Shown piece after piece: positions 25,323-32,552 of a DNA stretch of 32,552 bases. Each line of letters starts with the position of its first letter. Within the stretch, counting starts at the first letter, position 1. The notes under the pieces are model-generated. The model was not told the DNA's origin. It saw only the letters and a list, made by a program, of their open reading frames with translations, and ran no database searches. Origin of the DNA: a virus (taxonomy: Duplodnaviria; Caudoviricetes); IMG/VR virus record IMGVR_UViG_3300006735_000115, positions 1 to 32,552 of that record, one strand, 5' to 3'. Both the position numbers and the translations under genes were made by a program.

Positions 25323-26130
25323 GTTCCTAGAATCATTTGAATCAAGATCGATCCAGACCAGTGGTGGACGTGGATCTGGCACGCGGGTCTTTCATGTCTC
25401 TGGGTATTCAAACGTCGCCGACGTATTCAACGCTTTGGGGACATCAGACGGAAGCGGCAACATCCTCCCTCAAAAAGGGGATGCACATCCTGAGCTGCCT
25501 GGGCTTGTGGCAAAGGACTTCAATCTTTCCTTGGTCAAGGGTCACACTGATCTGTGGAAGCTGGTCTGGCAGTATGAAGTCATAAGCCGAGGCTTCCCGT
25601 CTTACCCTGAGCAGCCAACCCCGCAGGTGTTGCCGAATGAAATCTCCTATGTCGAGATCAGTGCCGAGATCCGTGCAGAGTTTTTCTTGGCTTGGAGATC
25701 AGAGCCGACCATTCCGGCCTTGGGTGACCCAGAAAATGACCAGAACATCGAAGGTGACCCTGCTGACGCGGCGGGAATCCCGACGAGCCTGCAAAGAAAC
25801 ATCCAAGAGCTGACAGTCACTGAGACCGTCAATGTTCCGAACTTGGCAGCGTATCGATCTGCAAGGTTCACCAGAAACGCATCCGACTTTTTCGGAAGCC
25901 CCGCAGGCAGCTTGTTGTATCGTGGTGCGTCAATACGTCGGACTGGTGTCGATGTCTACCAAGTCGCGCATTCTTTTGTTGAGGACGGTTTCTTTCACTT
26001 GCAGCAGCAGCCGCTTCTTGAGCCGCCAAACATGACGCCGAAGCTCAAGGATGGTGTGGCTGAAACCGTGTTCTTTGTTCAGCCCTTCACAAACAAGACA
26101 AACTTCAACTCAATCAGCACCAACTTCTAG
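25315..26130 (+). CDS. Putative distal tail / tail tip protein
   Basis: Directly after TMP; beta-rich; call is positional. Confidence 0.55.
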   Translation: MPEFLESFESRSIQTSGGRGSGTRVFHVSGYSNVADVFNALGTSDGSGNILPQKGDAHPELPGLVAKDFNLSLVKGHTDLWKLVWQYEVISRGFPSYPEQPTPQVLPNEISYVEISAEIRAEFFLAWRSEPTIPALGDPENDQNIEGDPADAAGIPTSLQRNIQELTVTETVNVPNLAAYRSARFTRNASDFFGSPAGSLLYRGASIRRTGVDVYQVAHSFVEDGFFHLQQQPLLEPPNMTPKLKDGVAETVFFVQPFTNKTNFNSISTNF

Positions 26131-26138
26131 GCGACGAC

Positions 26139-26519
26139 ATGGCAAACGAAATCAATTTCAACGGATCGATCAACATACGCAAAGGCAACCTTGTTGAATC
26201 GTTCACGCCTGGATCGATCACCATCGACTTGGCGTCTGACAAAGGCGACGGCGGTGTCCAGGAAGTCTGTAATTTGGCAACATGCGCGCATGGCGAGGCG
26301 ATCGGCGTCACCGATGTATCGCTTGGAGGCGTATTCTTCTTTCGCAATCTTGACACTACCAACTACGTTGAAATTGGCACTCAGGTGAGCGGGGTTTTCG
26401 TGCCATTCCTCAAGCTGTTGGCTGGTGAGTATTGCATTGGGAGATTGGGAACTGTCGCCCCCTATGGCAGGGCAAACTCTGGCGCGGTCAGCCTTCAGTA
26501 CCGGATCCTTAGCCCGTGA
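26139..26519 (+). CDS. Putative structural protein
   Basis: MANEI start, FFRNLD.TNYV motif, beta-rich; in tail module. Confidence 0.6.
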   Translation: MANEINFNGSINIRKGNLVESFTPGSITIDLASDKGDGGVQEVCNLATCAHGEAIGVTDVSLGGVFFFRNLDTTNYVEIGTQVSGVFVPFLKLLAGEYCIGRLGTVAPYGRANSGAVSLQYRILSP

Positions 26520-26839
26520 CCACGACGAGATACAACGTCGGAACTCTTGGCACAAGCTCTAGGACTGTCGTGCAGGCTGGTGACCTCGAGCGGATCAGCA
26601 TTGAACAGATCTGGATCTGCAACGCGGACAGCTCCAACCGGACGGTCACGCTTGCCCACATACCTTCTGGGGACGATTCGGCGGAATCCAACTTCGTTCT
26701 TTTGGACGCGATGACAATCAAGGCCGGTCAGACCCAAGTCATTGACGCGCGGATCTACCTCGAGCCAGGAGATCGTCTGGTCTCGTCAGCAAGTGCAGCG
26801 GGGCAGTTAGTCGTGACTATGTACGGGAGAAAAAGATGA
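26516..26839 (+). CDS. Putative structural protein (small beta-sandwich)
   Basis: I.ICN.D and LEPGDRL pattern common in small virion proteins. Confidence 0.6.
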   Translation: MTTTRYNVGTLGTSSRTVVQAGDLERISIEQIWICNADSSNRTVTLAHIPSGDDSAESNFVLLDAMTIKAGQTQVIDARIYLEPGDRLVSSASAAGQLVVTMYGRKR

Positions 26840-27753
26840 CCGACCTTCCCCGCTACCACAAGGGCGGTCTAGGCCCTGTCGATTTTCAGACGCTCAATGA
26901 GGCGTTCCGGCGGCTGGATGCGCTCAGGCCGCTGATTGAGACGGCGGGAATCAAGCAAGAGGGCGGCAAGTTCTCGCCCAGCATCACGGTCGTTGACGCT
27001 GCACCAATACCAGAGGAAGAGCTACCCGAAGGCGTGCCAGCCAACACGACGCTTTTCGCTTGGCGTGAGGTCTTGGTCAGGGGAGAGGAAACCGAAGAAC
27101 CAAATACTTTGGTCAATACGAATGACGACGACTTCCAAGAAATAGATACGAGGTCACAGTATCGATCAGGTCCGACCGATCCAGACAAAGACAAGGACGA
27201 GAAAGACCCTGTCCTTCCTACTGGATACGGGGTCTCGATTGACGAAAACTTTCAGGGCGGTGTCTGCATTCTTGTTGACTACACGCGATCTGACACGACC
27301 CGTGTGCATTTGCTTTGCCCGCTGGCACCATCGACCAGAACCTTTTTGGCGTTGGTTGTTGGAACGACTTCGGAACCCGCAAACTTTGATGTCAACCAGT
27401 GCGAGAAGAAGATTCTTGGCGACGGCTCGACAATCAAGGCAACGGCATACACATGTTTCCCTTTGCAGGCGTACCAAGACGGTTCATCGACAAAGCCCAA
27501 GTTTTGCAAGAAGGGGCCGATTGTTGTATACGACTTTTCTTCTTCAAACGTGAACGAGCCATCGGAGGGAGGCGAAGGCGAACCAACCTATGAGGAGCTT
27601 TTTCTTCAGGAGGGCAACGTCATCCCTGTCCATGCGGGAACATTTGGCCCTGGACTTGTCTTTCACTTCACTGGTTGGCTGCCAAGGCTCAACGTGATAT
27701 GTCCGGAAAAAGAGGGTGCTGTCAGGCGCACGGCTTTGAGGGTGTATCGATGA
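26836..27753 (+). CDS. Hypothetical tail-region protein
   Basis: ATGA-coupled 305-aa ORF. Confidence 0.6.
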   Translation: MTDLPRYHKGGLGPVDFQTLNEAFRRLDALRPLIETAGIKQEGGKFSPSITVVDAAPIPEEELPEGVPANTTLFAWREVLVRGEETEEPNTLVNTNDDDFQEIDTRSQYRSGPTDPDKDKDEKDPVLPTGYGVSIDENFQGGVCILVDYTRSDTTRVHLLCPLAPSTRTFLALVVGTTSEPANFDVNQCEKKILGDGSTIKATAYTCFPLQAYQDGSSTKPKFCKKGPIVVYDFSSSNVNEPSEGGEGEPTYEELFLQEGNVIPVHAGTFGPGLVFHFTGWLPRLNVICPEKEGAVRRTALRVYR

Positions 27754-28661
27754 CAAGTGAAGAATGCTGCTGTGATGAAGAAGATCCGCCTGACGATCCT
27801 GATGGACCAATCATTGATTCCGGTTGCTGTGAGAGTCACAATCCAAGGCTTGATTTTCAATTCAATTGTGAGCTGCGGCTGGCTTGGCGACGGCGTGCAA
27901 GATTTGAATGCTCCGACGAAGTCAATCAGGGATCTGTCGTCGCCTTTCTGAATGGGATTCTCAGCTGGGACTTGGTCGATGATGTAATGACGTGGACAGG
28001 ATCATCCACTTGGACCTCAATCTGGAGATGCAACTGGACATGTCCAGGAGTGGACTGTGAAGGTGACGACTGTTATGAATCATGCCCCTGCGGCGCGGAG
28101 CTACGGGTAGATGGTTCTGAGGAGTTCAATCCTCTTGTTGAGCTTAGGCTTATCCAAGGACCAATAGGGGAGCAGTTCGGCCTTCCGTGGCAGCAATGTA
28201 TTCCACAAGACGAGAGAGACGATGAGGACGCTTGCTGGTTTGTTCTTAGCTACCGGCTGGAAGCCGGAAGGGTTGGCCCTTCCTGTGACTATGTATTCAC
28301 CACTAGCTGCGACGAGCCATCTTCCGGATGGCCTTACGAGCAAGGCGGCCAGACCGAATCAAAGAGGTATGTCGGATCGGGCGTGACTGTCTTCAAGATC
28401 GATCGGGATCAATCGGGGTTCTGTTCGATTGGCGACAAGTTTGAGATATTTGGAATGAGTTCGCAGCCGCTAGATTTTGGGCCGAGTCTGCCAGTGCTTG
28501 ACCCGTACATTGACGAGACGGGGCTGTGCTTCCCGCCAAGTTCTTTCTCACGCTCTTGGTCTGATCGATATGACGACCCGAATGGGTGTTCCTTTTCGTT
28601 GATTGAAGGCGAGGACCAAGTGACTCTTGACCTCGACATTGTGGGGAATTGGTATGAGTGA
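27750..28661 (+). CDS. Cys-rich acidic tail-region protein
   Basis: 20 Cys in 303 aa, N-terminal CCC; ATGA-coupled. Confidence 0.65.
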   Translation: MTSEECCCDEEDPPDDPDGPIIDSGCCESHNPRLDFQFNCELRLAWRRRARFECSDEVNQGSVVAFLNGILSWDLVDDVMTWTGSSTWTSIWRCNWTCPGVDCEGDDCYESCPCGAELRVDGSEEFNPLVELRLIQGPIGEQFGLPWQQCIPQDERDDEDACWFVLSYRLEAGRVGPSCDYVFTTSCDEPSSGWPYEQGGQTESKRYVGSGVTVFKIDRDQSGFCSIGDKFEIFGMSSQPLDFGPSLPVLDPYIDETGLCFPPSSFSRSWSDRYDDPNGCSFSLIEGEDQVTLDLDIVGNWYE

Positions 28662-28908
28662 ATGCTTTTTCTATGGCGATGACGGCAGCTGTGGCTTGGG
28701 GCAATATGGCGGAGCCCCAAATGAAGAAGACTGCAAGTCGTGTATGCACTACAGCGGGAAGTCGAGAGGTTTGGGGGACAAGGTCTCGAACGTGATTGAG
28801 GCTGTCGGCATGAAGAAGGTTCTTTCGAGAGTGAAAGGCAATGACTGTGGGTGTGGCAAAAGACGAGCCGCACTCAATCGAATGTTCCCCAGCAAGGAAA
28901 AACCCTGA
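28654..28908 (+). CDS. Small Cys-rich phage protein
   Basis: GLGD.V..VI...G and DCGCGKRRAALN motif. Confidence 0.7.
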   Translation: MSECFFYGDDGSCGLGQYGGAPNEEDCKSCMHYSGKSRGLGDKVSNVIEAVGMKKVLSRVKGNDCGCGKRRAALNRMFPSKEKP

Positions 28909-30311
28909 TGGCTGTTTCATACAACAATCTTCTTCATCGTCTCGGCAGGATCTTCCAGTTTGGAAAGGATGTCCGAACTTTCCAGGGTACGACAATTCAG
29001 ACCGAGTTTGAGACGGTCATGTCCAAATACACCGACGCAACGAGAGACCTCGCTGGAAACATCATCAGGAATCTCGAGTCAAGGAAGCAGCAGGCCGGTT
29101 CTATCGTCGTTGATCTTGTGACAGATGCGCGGACGACCCTTGTCGAGATGATGGATACGGATCAGGGTTTGGCAGAACTCACTCCGACCAAAGCAATCGA
29201 CGAGCTGATCCGTCAACTTGATGCGGCCAGTCAGACTGTGGATCGTCCATCTGCCGGATACGTCACCCTGCCCACTGGAAACAAGGGGACGGCGACCAGC
29301 GGAAACACTGGAAATGGCCTTCTGTTGCTTTCCGACATGGCACCCCTCGGTTACTTGGGAACGTCCGAGGTCTTTGATTACCCTTCAATCAGGACAGAGA
29401 GGGTCTTGGCGCGCTGCCTGAAGGATTCGACGAGCAGATCGGTCCAAGCCGGTGCTGAGGTCTTTTCGATCTCTGGCGAGCGCGCAGTCGATCGGCAGAG
29501 CTACGAGTGGCCCAAGGGATCTGGAACATCCGGAACCATCACGGCGGCATCGCCAAAGATCGACGGCGGTAGTTCGCCTGGCCAGAACGTGTGTTCAAAC
29601 TCTGACTTCGAGGACTTCACTTCAAACGCTCCTGACAGATGGACGATCGTCGCAGGTTCCGCTGGTACGCACATCGATGATTCGACGAGCTGCTACGTCG
29701 GAACGAACTGCCTCGAGTTCACTGGTGACGGATCAACGAATCCAAACATCAAGCAGACTCTGAACACCACGACCGGAACAAGGGGGCGAATCAATCCTGA
29801 CCGACCTTATACGATCACTGCGGCAATCAAGTACGCGACGGCGGCACCGACTGCTTCTCTTTTGATTTCTGTCCGGAACTCCAGCGGGACAATTCTCCAC
29901 GACTCGATTGTTGGGCGAGCCATGCAGCTCTCAGTCGCTAGTGGTGACATTGGCACCTCCTACGCCTTGTTCAGTGCGGTCGTGTTCTCTCCGGTGAGTG
30001 TTCCGAAGGGTTCCTATGTTGACATCCGGTTCAGTGCCAACGTCGCAAACACCAGTCAGGTGTTCGTGGACTCGCTCGTCATTGCTGAGATGTCACGACT
30101 GAAGCGTGGCGGCTTGGCGTATCAGATTGTTCCAGGATCGACCGACTACGCGATCCGTGACGAGTTCACGGCATCGATCACAAACAACTGCGCATCTGGC
30201 GACGGCGAGATTGCGCTGGAGTTCGATCGGTTCTTCAACACTGAGCAGTCTGGACTTGTGCTTCCTTCTGGAACATCTCCAACGCTCGCAGACGCTACGT
30301 TCATCACCTAA
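28908..30311 (+). CDS. Virion structural protein with a carbohydrate-binding-module-like domain (possible receptor binding)
   Basis: NVCSNSDFEDFT..PDRW...G.NCLEF...IKQ motif resembling CBM4/9-type domains; last gene of the late operon. Confidence 0.6.
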   Translation: MAVSYNNLLHRLGRIFQFGKDVRTFQGTTIQTEFETVMSKYTDATRDLAGNIIRNLESRKQQAGSIVVDLVTDARTTLVEMMDTDQGLAELTPTKAIDELIRQLDAASQTVDRPSAGYVTLPTGNKGTATSGNTGNGLLLLSDMAPLGYLGTSEVFDYPSIRTERVLARCLKDSTSRSVQAGAEVFSISGERAVDRQSYEWPKGSGTSGTITAASPKIDGGSSPGQNVCSNSDFEDFTSNAPDRWTIVAGSAGTHIDDSTSCYVGTNCLEFTGDGSTNPNIKQTLNTTTGTRGRINPDRPYTITAAIKYATAAPTASLLISVRNSSGTILHDSIVGRAMQLSVASGDIGTSYALFSAVVFSPVSVPKGSYVDIRFSANVANTSQVFVDSLVIAEMSRLKRGGLAYQIVPGSTDYAIRDEFTASITNNCASGDGEIALEFDRFFNTEQSGLVLPSGTSPTLADATFIT

Positions 30312-30336
30312 GAACACAGGTCTTCTTCCTTCCTGA

Positions 30337-30376
30337 GAACCCCCCTCTTGGCAACAAGATGGGGGGTTCCCTTTAT
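30337..30376 (+). terminator. Rho-independent terminator ending the late operon
   Basis: GAACCCCCCTCTTG-GCAA-CAAGA(T)GGGGGGTTC hairpin with a GNRA loop, followed by a T/A-rich tail. Confidence 0.75.
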
Positions 30377-30413
30377 ATATGCACCCTTTTCCACACTTTT
30401 CCACTGAATGGGG

Positions 30414-30441
30414 TTGCATGTGGCGGAGTGTGGGGTATTGT
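30414..30441 (+). promoter_or_regulatory. Putative sigma70 promoter for the downstream small genes
   Basis: TTGCAT (30414-30419), 16-nt spacer, TATTGT (30436-30441); AAGGA RBS before ATG 30467. Confidence 0.45.
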
Positions 30442-30466
30442 GGTTGTAGAAGAAAGGAAGAACCAC

Positions 30467-30925
30467 ATGAAGAAGCGAAACACTGACATTCGCAACCTGT
30501 CTGGCGACATCGTCACGGCCATCCTTTACGACGATATTCCAGTCGAAGGCAGCACCCTCGAAGACCATCTCCACATTGAGATCCATACCGAGAAGTACCG
30601 TGATCAGCTGCGCTTCGGCTATTACCTGAACATCGGCAACTGCGAGTATCAGAGCCGTGACCTCGCCATGCTGGAGTGCTTGCTTCGCGAGTTCGCGGAG
30701 TCGGATGGTCGGCCACGCGCCAGTCTCCCCGAAGACATGGCGACCTCTTACGCGCTCAACGATAGCGGCAATCCTGCACGCATCGAGATTGTCGAGGGCG
30801 GTGGTCGCATCCGAGTGGAACAGACGTTCTACGCCATCGATGACCAAGGCGACACGATCGACGGTCCGTTCGACAACAAGCAGGACGCGATCGACGCCAC
30901 CAAGGAAGCAAAGGAGAACCGATGA
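30467..30925 (+). CDS. Hypothetical early-type protein
   Basis: RBS AAGGA; ORF-track frame trimmed to ATG 30467. Confidence 0.7.
   Translation: MKKRNTDIRNLSGDIVTAILYDDIPVEGSTLEDHLHIEIHTEKYRDQLRFGYYLNIGNCEYQSRDLAMLECLLREFAESDGRPRASLPEDMATSYALNDSGNPARIEIVEGGGRIRVEQTFYAIDDQGDTIDGPFDNKQDAIDATKEAKENR
30905..30925 (+). repeat. 21-bp direct repeat, copy 1
   Basis: GAAGCAAAGGAGAACCGATGA. Confidence 0.95.
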
Positions 30926-31116
30926 GGAGAACCGAAAAAGTCTGCTGGACAACTTGGAACGCTTCTGGATACATGATCTATACGAGCCGCGCCCACATCA
31001 TCGATCCTGAGCGTGACACCCACACTTTGTGTGGCCGCTTCATCCCCAACACACACGAGAACGGCGAGATGAGTGATGGAATATGCAAACGATGCGAAGC
31101 AAAGGAGAACCGATGA
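30922..31116 (+). CDS. Small putative Zn-binding protein
   Basis: AH...TLCG...ICKRC; AAGGAG RBS. Confidence 0.7.
   Translation: MRRTEKVCWTTWNASGYMIYTSRAHIIDPERDTHTLCGRFIPNTHENGEMSDGICKRCEAKENR
31096..31116 (+). repeat. 21-bp direct repeat, copy 2
   Basis: GAAGCAAAGGAGAACCGATGA, identical to copy 1. Confidence 0.95.
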
Positions 31117-31622
31117 ACAAGCGAATCACAGTCAAGAATGTCAAGACGTTTGCGGGACACGATGGACTAGGTTGGCAGTGCAGCGTCTACCTTGACGGGA
31201 AGAAGCTGTCAGGCCAGTGCGTAGATGATGGGTGGGGCGGCGGTCTTGTCTTCAACGGAAACACCAAGCCCGTGGACTATGACGCGCTGAACGAGGCTTG
31301 TATGCAAGAGAATCCTGAAATTGTGGAGTCTGTGAATGTGCAACCTTTCGAGTTCGTCATTCCTGCTCTCGTCAACAAGTTTCTTCAGGAGAAGCACATC
31401 ATGCGTCAGACCAAGAAGGAGGTCTGGTTCACGCTTGAGGGTGAAGACCCTTCGACTGTTCGCACGTTCAAGCGACGGGTGAAGGTCTCCGATCCGCAGT
31501 CTCACATGGAGGAACACGCGATCATCGACGCCATCGTCAAGGTCGGACTCCGAGAGAAGAAGGCGGTCACGTCCATCCTTGGCATCCGTCACGCAACCAA
31601 GAGGAAGGAACTTGCAGCATGA
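31113..31622 (+). CDS. Phage hypothetical protein
   Basis: AAGGAG RBS; VKNVKTF.G.DG...VYLDGKK...DDGWGG. Confidence 0.7.
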   Translation: MNKRITVKNVKTFAGHDGLGWQCSVYLDGKKLSGQCVDDGWGGGLVFNGNTKPVDYDALNEACMQENPEIVESVNVQPFEFVIPALVNKFLQEKHIMRQTKKEVWFTLEGEDPSTVRTFKRRVKVSDPQSHMEEHAIIDAIVKVGLREKKAVTSILGIRHATKRKELAA

Positions 31623-31846
31623 AAATCATCAAGATATTCAAGCGGGGATGGTGGCCTGATCACAACTGGTTTCCATTCAAGGGGAAGGACAAGTGCAGAA
31701 CGATCAGGAAGATCGAACACCCAACCCGAGCGATCGCTGTCCAGATGGCGAAAGAAGTCTGTGCTGAGATGGACATGAAGCGCACGAAGCACGAGCGGGA
31801 AGCAGACGTTCGTTATGAGTGGACGTTCTTGCAGGAAGGAGAATGA
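31619..31846 (+). CDS. Hypothetical protein
   Basis: ATGA-coupled, AAGGA RBS. Confidence 0.6.
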   Translation: MKIIKIFKRGWWPDHNWFPFKGKDKCRTIRKIEHPTRAIAVQMAKEVCAEMDMKRTKHEREADVRYEWTFLQEGE

Positions 31847-31847
31847 C

Positions 31848-32072
31848 ATGAGAGGCAACCGAGACCGACAGTTCAACGATGGGCGTACGCTGATCCGTCA
31901 GCACTTCTCCGTCCCGAACAATTGCTGGTTCGTCTGGCGAGATGACAGCGGGCATGTTTCAAAGCAGATGCTCACGACCCACCAGACAAAGGCGGAGGCA
32001 GATCAGGAGTTTGCCAGGCGTTGCAGGTTTCTCGAAGCCTGCAACAGCAAATCAAATCGAAAGGAAGACTGA
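31848..32072 (+). CDS. Hypothetical protein
   Basis: AAGGAG RBS before ATG 31848. Confidence 0.6.
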   Translation: MRGNRDRQFNDGRTLIRQHFSVPNNCWFVWRDDSGHVSKQMLTTHQTKAEADQEFARRCRFLEACNSKSNRKED

Positions 32073-32548
32073 TGATAGACCATGACCGAATCAGGATAAT
32101 AGTGGAGCGCGATTTCTTCAGGCGAATGAACCAACTTGGGGGAACGCTCTATATGTACAGCATTCAAGGCACACAGCCCTATGAGGATCTCGTCATCGAG
32201 GTTCACAATGAACTGACGGATCAGCAGATCGACGATGGTGCCGAGATCATGCAGTGGTGGCTTGTCTCCGACGCGATTGGAGAGCGAATGAAGGACACTG
32301 GGTTTCTCGTTATGGAAACCGTAGACGGTTGGTTCTACGGTCGAACCACTGCGGGGACCGGACTGGAGGATGATGTCCAGCGGTTGCTGCTGAAGGAGGC
32401 TTCGATGGCAGCATCGAAAGCACGGTGGGGGTTGCAGAAAAAGGGGCAGGAAGCTCAATCGGAGTCCGCGTATCCAGACCGATACCCAGATGGGGGCAGC
32501 CACGAAGATCCTCTCCACGACGAAACGATGGGCGGCTCCGAATGCTGA
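32072..32548 (+). CDS. Phage hypothetical protein
   Basis: TGATG coupling, AAGGA RBS; EIMQWWLVS...YGRTT.G motif. Confidence 0.65.
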   Translation: MIDHDRIRIIVERDFFRRMNQLGGTLYMYSIQGTQPYEDLVIEVHNELTDQQIDDGAEIMQWWLVSDAIGERMKDTGFLVMETVDGWFYGRTTAGTGLEDDVQRLLLKEASMAASKARWGLQKKGQEAQSESAYPDRYPDGGSHEDPLHDETMGGSEC

Positions 32549-32552
32549 ACAG

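Noticed and set aside
30308-30952. 214-aa minus-strand ORF and the upstream extension (30359) of the + strand ORF
   Set aside because: Both run through the terminator/promoter region; the + strand gene has a clear RBS at ATG 30467.
1-32552. tRNA, rRNA, integrase or transposase genes
   Set aside because: None recognised; intergenic gaps are few and short, and no cloverleaf or recombinase motifs were seen by eye.

Overview
The window is a fragment of a tailed dsDNA phage or prophage genome (HK97-type head, siphovirus-like tail genes), with every credible gene on the + strand. Gene order: the end of a C5 DNA methyltransferase with a dual-frame (EcoHK31I-like) layout; replication and recombination genes (initiator-like, P-loop kinase, Holliday junction resolvase, sigma-like); membrane/lysis-like genes and a metallophosphoesterase; TerS; accessory genes including a Phycisphaerae-like dockerin protein; TerL; an expanded head module; protease, major capsid and three decoration-protein paralogues; neck; two paralogous tail tube genes; a G/GT chaperone with a lambda-type -1 slippery site; a short tape measure; Cys-rich tail-region genes; a terminator; then a new promoter and small early-type genes. 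The standout feature is 8907-16481. The portal is fused to a DUF3721-like domain, a GNAT, an ART-PolyVal-like domain and a VIP2/Alt-type ADP-ribosyltransferase (ART), and is followed by a second ART gene and a MuF gene. Each effector block is headed by the same ~25-aa CGTGAGGF-x-x-GNDCAEGHGRP repeat and by K-A/K-S sites resembling the capsid maturation cleavage site. This suggests a modular, protease-processed, capsid-loaded effector cassette. All family calls come from motif recognition by eye; no searches were run.
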